Source: Verrucomicrobiota bacterium
GTDB taxonomy: Bacteria > Verrucomicrobiota > Verrucomicrobiia > Limisphaerales > AAA164-E04
Direction: 5' to 3'
NCBI GenBank assembly: GCA_047947115.1
Contig: CP170459.1
Span: 4,544,001 to 4,608,000, forward strand
DNA: 64,000 bases
The notes under the pieces were generated by a model, which worked only from the letters and a program-made list of their open reading frames with translations, did not search any database and was not told the DNA's origin. Position 1 is the first letter of the stretch, and every line of letters begins with the position of its first letter. A program made the position numbers and the translations under genes. Below, piece by piece: positions 48,862-59,307 of the stretch.

Positions 48862-49754
48862 ATCACGATCAACCCTTTCCCTCCATCTTCATCATAGGCG
48901 CTCAACGGTGTGCGACCAGTACACTTTATGGACACCTGTCACAGCATCCGGAGATTTTCATGTCCAAACTGAAGGAACCACGATATTTCTCCCACATTCT
49001 TAAAGCACCGGACTTTAAAGGACCAGGGGACGATGAGCGTGTCAATAAGGCGACCATTACAGATCGTGAGCGATATCTCCAATTATTCAAAGATGCGCAA
49101 CCGCATCAAATGTGCGGCGAAGCCACCACCACCTATCTGGGAGATCCTCAGGCGCTCATGCAAATTGCCAGAAGAGTAAAGCATCCAAAGATCATCATCA
49201 TTCTCAGAAACCCATTGGAACGGGCTTACTCCAGTTACTGTTACAAACGCAATGAGGGACTTGAACCTGCCGATTCCTTTGAGAAGGCGATCAAAGATGA
49301 AAGCCGGCGCATCAAGGAAAACTGGGCTCCCATTTGGCATTATACAGCGCGTAGTAAATATCTGGAATCAACAAAACAGGCTCTCTCCACTTTTGGAGAA
49401 CAAAATGTCAAGATCATCCGATATGACTCTTTTGTCTCCGGGCCGGAAAGGGAATTGAGTCAATTGGTGGATTTTCTTTCCTTGAAATATCCTTTTCCGA
49501 CATCCCTCTCCATTCACTACAATGATTCCGCCTCGCTCATTCCGCAAAGCCGCTTTACCCAATCCTTCAAACGCTTCAGGTCAGGCGTTTTAAGGCTCAT
49601 GAATGGAGCATCCAACGCTTCAACCAAAAAAACATGTTCAACAGACGACATCGCCAAGGAGACGGTGACTCGATTACAAGTTGAATTTAGGGAAGACATT
49701 TTGGCATTGGAAAAGTTGTTGGATTGGGATTTATCAAATTGGATCTCACGATAA
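48858..49754 (+). CDS. Sulfotransferase
   Basis: 5'-PSB IGAQRCATSTL, KEPRYF, GEAT..Y, 3'-PB RNPLERAYS. Confidence 0.88.
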   Translation: MNHDQPFPSIFIIGAQRCATSTLYGHLSQHPEIFMSKLKEPRYFSHILKAPDFKGPGDDERVNKATITDRERYLQLFKDAQPHQMCGEATTTYLGDPQALMQIARRVKHPKIIIILRNPLERAYSSYCYKRNEGLEPADSFEKAIKDESRRIKENWAPIWHYTARSKYLESTKQALSTFGEQNVKIIRYDSFVSGPERELSQLVDFLSLKYPFPTSLSIHYNDSASLIPQSRFTQSFKRFRSGVLRLMNGASNASTKKTCSTDDIAKETVTRLQVEFREDILALEKLLDWDLSNWISR

Positions 49755-49760
49755 TCATCC

Positions 49761-50705
49761 ATGGAATCGCTGGACAACCATACATACCACCTCGTTTATC
49801 ATGACATCGGATACGAGCACAATAAGTTCACCCGGTGGATCAATTCGATGGTAACCCCGGAAGTCTTTGCTGAACACATTGAGCAACTTTGTGAATTGGG
49901 AACCATTTGTTCGTTGAACGAAGCATTTGTCGAAAACAAGAGCAATAGACCAAGATTTGTCATCTGGTTTGACGACGCCTACGCAGGGACTTACAAATAT
50001 GCGTCATCCATTTGCCGGGAAAAAGGGATTGTGGCATCCCTTGCGGTGAACTCTCAATTTGCACTACGCGCCAGTTGCTTTTGGAGATGCGAATTAAGCT
50101 GGTTATTGGAAACTCATACGTCATTGGAAGTGTCGGACAGATTGCTGTTATCCCAGCATCTAAGCCCAGGCAATATCTGGAACGAAACACTCAACCAATA
50201 TGGTCCGGAAATGCATTGTCGCATTTCATACATATTCAAGTCCAAATCTTCCCTTGCCGAACGCAACACCTGCCATGAAACCTTTATGGAGGAGGGACGG
50301 ATCCGTGAACTTGCTAACAATGGATGGACCATTTGCAATCACACAGCCAACCACTCCGCGCTTGTCTCGCCCGAAGGGTTGAACGCTTTTATGGATGACT
50401 TCCATCAGAATAAAGCATTTGTCCAGGAGGTAGGAGGGGAAGGCGACACCTGGGTTCTACCCTTTGACTATGGAATAGTCAGAAAATCGGCCGACGTGCA
50501 TCTGAAACCATTACTCGCTTCCTGTAAACATTTGATAAGGGCGTTTTATTTCTCTGAAAACAACAATGCTATTCCACGAATCACAATCACTGGACATCAA
50601 AACGCCCTGACTCAGATCCACCGGGCAATCAAGCCCAAAAACAATTCAGTATTTAAGCGCATAAAAATGTTGCTCAGTCATTTCAAGAATATAAAGTGTA
50701 AATAA
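49761..50705 (+). CDS. Polysaccharide deacetylase (CE4-like)
   Basis: YHD, WFDDAY, NHTANH. Confidence 0.75.
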   Translation: MESLDNHTYHLVYHDIGYEHNKFTRWINSMVTPEVFAEHIEQLCELGTICSLNEAFVENKSNRPRFVIWFDDAYAGTYKYASSICREKGIVASLAVNSQFALRASCFWRCELSWLLETHTSLEVSDRLLLSQHLSPGNIWNETLNQYGPEMHCRISYIFKSKSSLAERNTCHETFMEEGRIRELANNGWTICNHTANHSALVSPEGLNAFMDDFHQNKAFVQEVGGEGDTWVLPFDYGIVRKSADVHLKPLLASCKHLIRAFYFSENNNAIPRITITGHQNALTQIHRAIKPKNNSVFKRIKMLLSHFKNIKCK

Positions 50706-50719
50706 TCAATGCTTTACAC

Positions 50720-51056
50720 TGATTGCCACATTTTTCTGTGCCAGGCGAAAATCTTCCCCCAGGAGATCCGCCATTGAGCTGTGATCAAGCCAATGCCGAT
50801 GCAAACGCCACTCGCTGCCTGGATCAATCAATCGATAAGTCACCAAGGTTTGCAAAACCAAATGCCACGGAATGCCATTCCTGCTTTTCCCCAAACGTTG
50901 TTCCCAAAACTCATCCAATGTTCCAGAGGAGGGTGCATTAGGGTAGCCTTCACCACAAGCTATTTTGAACCACAACACCCCGTCGTTATTGATCAAAACC
51001 TCTCTCTCCCCCCAAAAACAGTTGGTTTTACTCCCGAATAGCGAAAGTCGGGCTAG
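50720..51056 (-). pseudogene. IS1634-family transposase remnant with probable terminal repeat
   Basis: Fragment LDEFWEQRL..SR....W..VLQTLVTYRLIDPGSEWRLHRHW...S.MADLLGEDF resembles the IS1634 transposase N-terminal region. GCGAAAGTCGGGCTAG at 51041-51056 resembles an IS end. Confidence 0.7.
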
Positions 51057-51312
51057 TGACGAAGTGACACTGAGTTTTTTGCTGAAATTACTTTTGGCAA
51101 ACATTAGACAAAAATACCCCAGTCCCTTTATTCAAGCCCGGCATGATCAACAGCTTTCCCTCGTAGATGCGATTAACATGGACGTGACGGATAGATGCAC
51201 CTTTCCCACAAAATCCATTCCCCTCAAGAGTTTTTGCCCTGGAATATTATAAAAACACAGCCCCAATCTTGGTGTTGGTGGAATGGGCATCAGCGGTGAA
51301 TCTTAAACACAT

Positions 51313-53436
51313 TCAAATACTGCGCTTTACTTCCATCACCGTATACCCACCTACCTGTCTCTTGGATTTACCGAATCGATCCTTGTTCACCTTTATGGAC
51401 AGTTTCACAAATTCCGCCTGAGAGCGAAGCTCACTCGCTCCCTCCACCAAAGCTGCCCTTTCGTAGATCCCATCCGGTCTCATTTTCCTGGCTTTGACGT
51501 TATCCGACTGGGATATCTGCAGCACTTCATTGACCAAACGATCACGTAAATTCCCGTCTTCCACCGGAAACACTGTTTCGATTCGCTTGAAAAAGTTACG
51601 GGGCATCCAGTCGGCGCTGCCTACAAACACCTCAGGTCGACACGCGTTTTCGAAATAAAAGATACGACTGTGTTCAAGGTATCGGTCCAAGATACTGGTC
51701 ACGCGAATGTTTTCGCTCAAGCCCTTCACCCCAGGCCGCAAACAACAAATCCCTCTGATAATCAAATCAATCTGGACCCCTGCTTTGGATGCTTCATAGA
51801 GGGCATCAATGGCTTGGCTATCCACCAGAGCATTCATTTTTGCGATAATCCTTGCAGGCAGTCCGCTTTTTGCGTGTTCTGTTTCACGCTGGATCTTTGC
51901 AATCATGCTGGCATGAAGATTGAACGGCGCCACCAACAACTTTTCGGTGCCCTGAAACTGACAGATCCCGGTCAAAAGATTAAACACTCCGCCTACATCC
52001 CGCCCCAAATCTTCTCGAGCGGTCAATAGTCCAATGTCTGTATACAACTTGGCTGTGCCTGGATTGTAATTCCCGGTCGCCAGGTGGACGTAACGACGAA
52101 TACCGTCATCATCCTTCCTTACCACCATGCACATTTTGCAGTGAATTTTGTATCCGACCAATCCATACAGCACATGCACCCCGGCCTGCTCAAGCTTGCG
52201 TGCTGCCTTGATGTTGTTGTCTTCATCAAAGCGCGCCTTTAATTCCATCACGACCGTCACTTGTTTGTCATGACGAACGGCATTCATCAATGCCTTGAAA
52301 ATGCGCGGATCGGATCCGGCACGATACATGGTCTGTTTGATGGCCAGAACTTTTGGGTCCTGAGCAGCCTGTTCGATAAAGTGAACGACACTGTTGAAGT
52401 TTTCGTACGGGTGATGCAACAGCACATCCTTTTCACGTATGACATCAAATATTCCTTTTTCCTCGAGGAAGGGATAAGCAACGGGAGCGACAAATGGTTT
52501 ATCCCTCAATTCAGGAGAATGATCGCCCTCATAAACCTGCATCAACTGGGTCGGATTCAGCGGCCCGTCCACGATGTAAAGATCCTCTTCCGATAGCTCC
52601 AACTCTTCCATCAACTGATGTCGCACGTGTGGCGGACAACCTTTTGAAATTTCAAGACGGACGGCATCCCCTTTGCGCCGGTTATCCAACTCCTCCTCCA
52701 TCGCTTTCAACATGTCGGATATGGATTCCTCGTCCAGATACAACTCGCTATTGCGTGTGACACGGAACATCCAATGTCCCAAAATACGATTACCCGGAAA
52801 CAAGCGATCCAAATGACGATAAATAATCTCCCCAAGGAACAGAAAGTCACGTTGCTTTCGAGTCACTTTGAACGGTACCAAACGAGGCAGATTTCGCGGA
52901 ACCTGAACAACGGCAAGTCGCTTTTCCTTGCGGTTCTTCAGGCTGACTTCGAGTTCAACAATAATGTTGAGTGATTTGTTGAGCAAAAGAGGAAATGGAT
53001 GGGAGGGATCAATACTCAATGGAGTCAGCACCGGATGTACCTCGGTTTCATAATACTGATCGCATCGCTTAAGCTGCCGTTCCGTCAGTTGGTCACACCG
53101 CAAGAGCTGGATGCCTGCGGCGCTTAACTGTGGCAGCAGTTGTTCACGCCAAAAGGCATATTGATCGTCCACAAGCCGACGCACCCGGCGGGACACCGCC
53201 TGAAAGGTCTCGGTGGCGGTGCGTCCGTCCCCTCCCCTTGTTACAATATCGCTCTCGATCTGCTGCTTGAGCCCAGCGACCCGGACCTCAAAAAATTCGT
53301 CGAGATTACTGCTGACTATGCAGAAAAACTTGAGACGCTCCAGCAATGGATTGGAGGCGTCCAAGGCTTCTTCCAGCACGCGATGATTAAACTCCAACCA
53401 ACCCAGTTCCCTATTAATGTAATGCGACGGTTCCAT
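51313..53436 (-). CDS. ppk1: Polyphosphate kinase 1
   Basis: YINRELGWLEFN, SNLDEFFEVRVAGL, LLHHPY, ELKARFDE, KIHCK, RYLEHSR, GSADWMPRN. Confidence 0.97.
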   Translation of the reverse strand: MEPSHYINRELGWLEFNHRVLEEALDASNPLLERLKFFCIVSSNLDEFFEVRVAGLKQQIESDIVTRGGDGRTATETFQAVSRRVRRLVDDQYAFWREQLLPQLSAAGIQLLRCDQLTERQLKRCDQYYETEVHPVLTPLSIDPSHPFPLLLNKSLNIIVELEVSLKNRKEKRLAVVQVPRNLPRLVPFKVTRKQRDFLFLGEIIYRHLDRLFPGNRILGHWMFRVTRNSELYLDEESISDMLKAMEEELDNRRKGDAVRLEISKGCPPHVRHQLMEELELSEEDLYIVDGPLNPTQLMQVYEGDHSPELRDKPFVAPVAYPFLEEKGIFDVIREKDVLLHHPYENFNSVVHFIEQAAQDPKVLAIKQTMYRAGSDPRIFKALMNAVRHDKQVTVVMELKARFDEDNNIKAARKLEQAGVHVLYGLVGYKIHCKMCMVVRKDDDGIRRYVHLATGNYNPGTAKLYTDIGLLTAREDLGRDVGGVFNLLTGICQFQGTEKLLVAPFNLHASMIAKIQRETEHAKSGLPARIIAKMNALVDSQAIDALYEASKAGVQIDLIIRGICCLRPGVKGLSENIRVTSILDRYLEHSRIFYFENACRPEVFVGSADWMPRNFFKRIETVFPVEDGNLRDRLVNEVLQISQSDNVKARKMRPDGIYERAALVEGASELRSQAEFVKLSIKVNKDRFGKSKRQVGGYTVMEVKRSI

Positions 53437-53497
53437 TTTTCGGCCGAATCATCCCACGAACGGTCAAAAGTGCGAAGTAAAATCAGTCCAAGACTCG

Positions 53498-54127
53498 TCA
53501 ACGTGAAGGTCCGGAGTCATTCCGGGCTTCGATAAATCTCTCCACGTATTTGCCCAACAAATCGGTTTCGATATTGATGAGATCGCCTTCTCTGCGCGTG
53601 TGCAGATTGGTCACCTGGTAGGTGTGGGGAATGATCCAGATTTGAAACCGGTTTACCAGAACCTTGGCCACCGTCAAACTGATTCCATCGAGCGCGACAG
53701 ATCCCTTATAAACCAGCAGGTGCATCAATTCAGCAGGTGGCTCGATCTCCAGCACCCAATCCGCTCCTTGCTTCTCCCATTTGACAATCTTTCCCATGCC
53801 GTCGACATGCCCTGTGACAAAGTGCCCGTCCAGGCTTCCGTTAAACGCCAGGGGACGTTCCAGGTTGACCTTGGAGCCCGGTTTCACTGTATGGAGATTT
53901 GTGACATTCCAGGTTTCCCTCAAAAGATCCAGCCGCACATATCCATTGCCATCACCACTTGGCGGGGTCAGTTTAACGACCGTCAGGCAACATCCGTTCA
54001 CCGCAATGCTATCCCCGATTTTCGCGCCCTGTAATGTCTTATCGGCAGCGAGTTCCAATCGAATGCCTTCGTCGGTTTCACTGACTTCCTTGACCTCTCC
54101 TGTTTCCGCAACGATACCCGTAAACAT
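53498..54127 (-). CDS. ribE: Riboflavin synthase alpha chain
   Basis: MFTGIV, GDSIAVNGCCLT, VNLER, GHFVTGHVDG, KGSVALDGISLT. Confidence 0.96.
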   Translation of the reverse strand: MFTGIVAETGEVKEVSETDEGIRLELAADKTLQGAKIGDSIAVNGCCLTVVKLTPPSGDGNGYVRLDLLRETWNVTNLHTVKPGSKVNLERPLAFNGSLDGHFVTGHVDGMGKIVKWEKQGADWVLEIEPPAELMHLLVYKGSVALDGISLTVAKVLVNRFQIWIIPHTYQVTNLHTRREGDLINIETDLLGKYVERFIEARNDSGPSR

Positions 54128-54365
54128 CCTTTAAAAATCGAGGATCTTTACTCCAACGACAAGCATGGAATGTGATTATTACATTTGTGGTTGACTGAGA
54201 ATCGAAAGGAAAACTGAAATGGATCAAGGAATTTCAATTGATGTCTCAACTAATTACTTTCCAGGTTGTATCCACATCGAGCATGGATCACGGCTGCCTA
54301 TAAAATCTTAGGGAAGCACCTTTTTAGATTGGATTGCACTTTGACAAGATTACCTTGTTCTGCAA

Positions 54366-55670
54366 GTGTCTCTCTCAAGTGTGAAATTTTTGGAATCATC
54401 TCCTTTGCATCACTTTGGGATCTGGATTGGATCCGTAATGTTTGTATGGATGAGTAACCAGATCATCTATCCTTTCGAGCCTTTGGATATCAACGTGGTA
54501 ATGGAAGTGTTCAAACAAGCTTCCATTCCATTCTGTGCCTGCATCATCCTCAAAATCGCAGGAAATACTATCCACGCAAATGGTAAGAGACTCTGGTCAT
54601 ATTTCCTTTTTTTTTCCATATCCCTGACATCCTTGCTGGGAACAACTCAGACATTGACTGGTTCCCATGCTGAATCCACAAACTGGCTTTTTTATGGATT
54701 ATCTTTCTATTCGGCTTCACTTGCATTTCATTTTGCTCAAGCTGCACCTGGGCACCAAGTAAAATGGCCGATGACCATCTTTGCGGCTAACCCACTACTG
54801 ATTTTCACGGGCCCGATTGCCACACAATTTGGTCCTATCAGGCATAAATGCTGGAATAGGCGGGTTCGTTATTTTTTCCCTTTCGTGGTCATAGGACTTT
54901 TTTTTCACCAGACGATCGCGACACCTCTGGTTGAGACATTTCATCTGATAAAGAATACCGATCTAGTCTCTTCCCTGACATTTGCATTGATCTTTGAACT
55001 GTTTGTTTATGCCAACTTTTGTGGTTTATCGCTGCTGATTTACGGGCTTTTTGGTGTTGCGGGATACAAAATCCCTCTTAATTTTCGTCAACCCTTTTCA
55101 GCCTCTAACCTCATCGACTTTTGGAGAGGCTGGCACACGTCACTATCCAGTGTTCTTAAAATCTTGTTTTATGTCCCCGCACGCAAGGCATGGAACACCG
55201 AGTCAGCCATCATAATCGTGTATTTTGCTTCGGCGATGTGGCATGGCGTAACCTGGAATTTTGTTATTTGGGGGCTCATGCACGGATGCTTTTTTGTAAT
55301 CGGTCTCCACTTACTGAGGAGAAAAATCAGGTTTCTTTCCGTTCCACTCATGGTTACAGGCATCATTTTGGGAAGACTAGTCTTTGCAGATGCAAATTTT
55401 GATCGACTCTCAGAAAAACTGTCCTTTCGTTACCGCGGACTCGAGGTGTTTGGGGTAATTGCTGACCTTACCACCCGATGTCAGTTATCACTCCTAATAA
55501 TATTAGGTATCGTCGGGTCTGAGTTTTTCTTTCAACGCCACCCTTGTTTCCGAAAGCGGAATTACAAATTCCTCCGTCTGCCAATGGTTCAAATCATTCT
55601 CATGATACTGCTTGCGCTGACACTTTCCAGATCGGCAAACCCTGATTTTGCAGTTTACGGGCAACGTTAG
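54366..55670 (+). CDS. MBOAT-family O-acyltransferase (AlgI/DltB-like)
   Basis: Polytopic membrane protein; NFRQPF, DFWRGWHTSLS, AMWHG (catalytic His). Start uncertain. Confidence 0.85.
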   Translation: MSLSSVKFLESSPLHHFGIWIGSVMFVWMSNQIIYPFEPLDINVVMEVFKQASIPFCACIILKIAGNTIHANGKRLWSYFLFFSISLTSLLGTTQTLTGSHAESTNWLFYGLSFYSASLAFHFAQAAPGHQVKWPMTIFAANPLLIFTGPIATQFGPIRHKCWNRRVRYFFPFVVIGLFFHQTIATPLVETFHLIKNTDLVSSLTFALIFELFVYANFCGLSLLIYGLFGVAGYKIPLNFRQPFSASNLIDFWRGWHTSLSSVLKILFYVPARKAWNTESAIIIVYFASAMWHGVTWNFVIWGLMHGCFFVIGLHLLRRKIRFLSVPLMVTGIILGRLVFADANFDRLSEKLSFRYRGLEVFGVIADLTTRCQLSLLIILGIVGSEFFFQRHPCFRKRNYKFLRLPMVQIILMILLALTLSRSANPDFAVYGQR

Positions 55671-55684
55671 AAAAACAAAAGCCG

Positions 55685-56644
55685 ATGAATCAAATTGAAG
55701 CAGGTAGAAAACCCATGATACAAAGGTATCGAATAGGTTTGTTGAATCCTAAGGCCACATTTTGGCTGCCCTTGGCAATTTTCACCACTTACCTTGCAAC
55801 CATCCTCTGGCAACATTTCTCACAGGATGATCATGGTTTGCGAGCGATTGCACAAGCACATCTCAAAAACATCCAAACGAAAAACAGAACCGTCAAGGGT
55901 TTGATATTCGGAGGTTCCAATGCGGTTTACGGTCTTTCCGCTGAACTCCTGAGTCAGGAAACTTCAATCCCTTTTTACAATGTCTCGCTTATAGGCGGAG
56001 GTATATCCAAATCACTCTATGAAGATTATATTGAGGAGATATCAAGCAAGGGTTTGTTACCTGAGCAAATCGAATGTGTCGTTTACTCGACCATTCTTCC
56101 GTTGAGACCCAATGCAATTGAACGATACCTGACAACCAAGGGGTATTCAACTGTTTGGGGAAGAAAGCGATTTAATTTCAGGCTATCCGTCGCACTTGGC
56201 GAGCAGTTGTATCGTCGTTTATTCATAAACCAACGGCCGAGACCCGACTTCTCTCTTCCATCCGAATATGGAGACATGTTTTTCGATCTTATTCCCTGTG
56301 ATCTCACTGATATACAGGGTAGCCCAACCGTGGAGAGCCCAGATTTGGTTGTCGATTTTTATGATGAAATAGGTCTTTTTCTAAAAAATCACTATATGAA
56401 TGCTTCCATCTATTTCATTATCCCAAGCGAATACTACCGGGATTCGTCCCTTCCCAAAACCTGGAAGACGGAACTGGATTCACTGTGGAAACAAAAAGGG
56501 CATCAAGGGATTCATTTAATCTTTCAAGACGCCTTTCCCGACACGACTTTCCTATGCGACAGCAAACACCACGCAAATGCAAAGGGCAGACAATGGCGCA
56601 CATTAAACCTCATCGACAAAATGAATATCTCCTCGAAGGACTAA
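55685..56644 (+). CDS. SGNH/DltD-like membrane-anchored acyltransferase partner
   Basis: N-terminal TM, IFGGSNA (block I Ser), C-terminal DSKHH (DxxH); adjacent to the MBOAT gene. Confidence 0.7.
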   Translation: MNQIEAGRKPMIQRYRIGLLNPKATFWLPLAIFTTYLATILWQHFSQDDHGLRAIAQAHLKNIQTKNRTVKGLIFGGSNAVYGLSAELLSQETSIPFYNVSLIGGGISKSLYEDYIEEISSKGLLPEQIECVVYSTILPLRPNAIERYLTTKGYSTVWGRKRFNFRLSVALGEQLYRRLFINQRPRPDFSLPSEYGDMFFDLIPCDLTDIQGSPTVESPDLVVDFYDEIGLFLKNHYMNASIYFIIPSEYYRDSSLPKTWKTELDSLWKQKGHQGIHLIFQDAFPDTTFLCDSKHHANAKGRQWRTLNLIDKMNISSKD

Positions 56645-56652
56645 GGAATTTG

Positions 56653-59127
56653 CTATTTCACCAGATGCTCAACACCATGACTCAGAGAATTAAAAGTGCC
56701 GCTTCCTGTATGGATCCACTGACCGACACGGATCATGAGGCGTGTTTGGCTGGGAATATGATCGGGTAGATTCCAGTATTCCAGAGTGGGTTCCAAACGT
56801 GTGATGGTCTCATACCGTTCAAGGTCGTTGTCGAAATAGTAGAGGTAAACGCCCTCCAAGTTGGTAATTCTTGGGTTTTTCCAAGTCAACTGCCTGGTAT
56901 CGCCGGCCATCTTCAGGACAAGCCCAGACACGGGAGAAGTAACAAATATTCTCAGGGTCGGGTCTCCCATGATAGCCAGGGCACGAGTCGCAGAGACGGG
57001 GCGTTGATTGGCGGATCGCAAATATCCATACCCCAGACATTCTCCCCTGCCCAAATCTCCTAACCACCAGGGCCCCACCAGCATGCTGAATGAGGCCAGG
57101 CCGGCCTCGGGTGTTGTGAGACACGCGCGCAGAAATGCGTCAGGCAGGTTCCAGTCTCCATGCCAGGACGAATGAAACATCAGGAAGGCAGCGTGTGGGG
57201 CCTTCTCCGGACGGTTAAAATCCCGGGTTCTCCTTACACCGCTCGCAAAGGAGGCGCTGCCACTGTATCCCCCCATAAATGCCCAACTGGGGCGGCTATC
57301 TTCAATGAACCCATCTCCTATCCGGACGGGGCCCGGCACATGACCATACCACTTGGCCGCATTCATGATTGCCGGTTTGTGAACCGACATGCTTTGATTC
57401 CGGGGCAGGTAGGATCGAATCACAGCTTCTGAGTCAAAGGAAAGATCCCCCTTTCGGAATGCCAGGTTCTTTCGCAAGTATTGGCGGAGCAACTCCGTTT
57501 CGACCTCGGATTTTCTTCGGGGCTTGTTTTCCAGAATGGCTCCACTGATGTTGGGCAGATTGGCAAAATCAATTCTGCCCACGGCAACTTCCAATTGCGT
57601 CGGCATCCGATCCTCATCAAATTTCCCGTCGCCCGGTACGTTGTGATTGCTATAATGAGAGCCTCCAGAGTGATTCACGACCTGGTCCCGCCAGACCCCG
57701 TCCAGATCACCATAGTAAGCGTCACAGGACCATGCACCACGATGATCATCCCCGGGTCGAGCGTGTCCATCCAGCGCGACAAAACCGGAGTACGGTACGG
57801 CAACATGCCCCAAAATCACCAACACTTTCAGCCCATCCACCGGCGCGGCAAGGTGGGTGTGAATGATTTCCTTAACCTTGGCAATGCGTTTGATGTTTGT
57901 TTTCCAGCGTGTGTCACTGTGCCTGGGAGCTTTGTCAATCGCCACCGTCCACCCGTCCAATTCCAACTGCTGCTGAAAGCCATTCAAATCATCCTTCAAA
58001 TCGCGATACTGAGTATCATCCACCAACAGCAATACTTTACCTCGATGATGTGTCGGTCCGGAATAGACTGCAACATGAACCTGATTGGTGGTGCCTGGAT
58101 AGTTGTAGGGATGAACCTGATACTCATACACCTGTCCCGGCGAAAGGACTTCCGAGGTGTCCAGGTAATGGAATTCATCGACTCCTTCAGCCACTGTAGT
58201 CCAAGTCTCTTGTTCCTGCTCCCGTCGTTTTACAGCATATCGAACCCCTCCCCGCGGAGCCCATTCCAGACGAACAGCGACCGGGTCTTTTTCAACCCGG
58301 GCACTTAAGGCGAAGTATTTGAAGTCATTCTCCGGATCACCGAGAGGGTAATTGAACAACTCAAAGCCATCGATCACCCCCTTGACAGGCTGATACCCCC
58401 ACGGTGTGTTGCCCACCGCCAAACCGGTTTCCGCCAATGCCTCGGCCGGTGGAACAATCGATATCCCCTTGCCTGGTCCATACATTTTGCCATCAAGATA
58501 AATCCAGGTTTCCTTCTCTGAATAACTGATGGTGATCTCATACCATTGGTGCCTGCTGAACTGAAGAGGCGCACTGATGAATGTGTCGCCTTGGTCCATG
58601 GATTGAGCACCCAACTGGATGCGCTCGCCTTTGGGGTCCATACTGAGCCCCCAATATCCCTTCATGTCTCCCGTGGGCGCCATCCATTTTCCAAGACTGA
58701 AAAATGAACCATAACCACCCGGTCCTTCACCAGAAGCCCAGTCTGGACGAAACCAAAAGCGAACAGCCCCATGATGCGGCGAAAAGGTAGATGAACCAGC
58801 CGATCCCAGATCCAGAATTATACCATCTTGATTTTCCCTGGACCGGAGCCCCTTATTCTCAAGACCGTCCACAAATGCAGGTTGAAGACCCACAATCGAT
58901 CCGGGGACAGCCTCGGAAGACTGTGGCGATTGAGGAAGAAACCGGCTTTTGAAGGGACCATCATTGAAGTTCAATCCCAAAGTGCGAACTGAACTAACTG
59001 CTGCCATCGTCTTTTCGATCGCGCAACACCAAAGGACCCCAAGAAAAATCACAGCCACAAACCGGGCCGAACGACTTGCCGTCAAAGGATATTGAAACTT
59101 TTTCGCAAAACCATGCATCGTATTCAA
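56653..59127 (-). CDS. Secreted protein: LamG-like jellyroll + FN3-like + gingipain/C25-like domain
   Basis: Signal peptide; GAVRFWFRPDW..W..ITISY..IYLDG..GVID.F (LamG); ILGHVAVPYSG, GRIDF and GDPTLR (C25-like). Confidence 0.6.
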   Translation of the reverse strand: MNTMHGFAKKFQYPLTASRSARFVAVIFLGVLWCCAIEKTMAAVSSVRTLGLNFNDGPFKSRFLPQSPQSSEAVPGSIVGLQPAFVDGLENKGLRSRENQDGIILDLGSAGSSTFSPHHGAVRFWFRPDWASGEGPGGYGSFFSLGKWMAPTGDMKGYWGLSMDPKGERIQLGAQSMDQGDTFISAPLQFSRHQWYEITISYSEKETWIYLDGKMYGPGKGISIVPPAEALAETGLAVGNTPWGYQPVKGVIDGFELFNYPLGDPENDFKYFALSARVEKDPVAVRLEWAPRGGVRYAVKRREQEQETWTTVAEGVDEFHYLDTSEVLSPGQVYEYQVHPYNYPGTTNQVHVAVYSGPTHHRGKVLLLVDDTQYRDLKDDLNGFQQQLELDGWTVAIDKAPRHSDTRWKTNIKRIAKVKEIIHTHLAAPVDGLKVLVILGHVAVPYSGFVALDGHARPGDDHRGAWSCDAYYGDLDGVWRDQVVNHSGGSHYSNHNVPGDGKFDEDRMPTQLEVAVGRIDFANLPNISGAILENKPRRKSEVETELLRQYLRKNLAFRKGDLSFDSEAVIRSYLPRNQSMSVHKPAIMNAAKWYGHVPGPVRIGDGFIEDSRPSWAFMGGYSGSASFASGVRRTRDFNRPEKAPHAAFLMFHSSWHGDWNLPDAFLRACLTTPEAGLASFSMLVGPWWLGDLGRGECLGYGYLRSANQRPVSATRALAIMGDPTLRIFVTSPVSGLVLKMAGDTRQLTWKNPRITNLEGVYLYYFDNDLERYETITRLEPTLEYWNLPDHIPSQTRLMIRVGQWIHTGSGTFNSLSHGVEHLVK

Positions 59128-59307
59128 AAATCAAACCACCAAAAGGTCGTGTCCTACCGAAGAACACAACCACATCTCAATGACCGTTTTCCACATGATT
59201 CCAATCGGCACGGATCACGGTCCTCTTAAAGACCATCGTAGCAACTGGAAAAAAATCAATGAAACAATGTTGAATCTAGACCAAATCAGTGCAAACTCTT
59301 TCCCATC

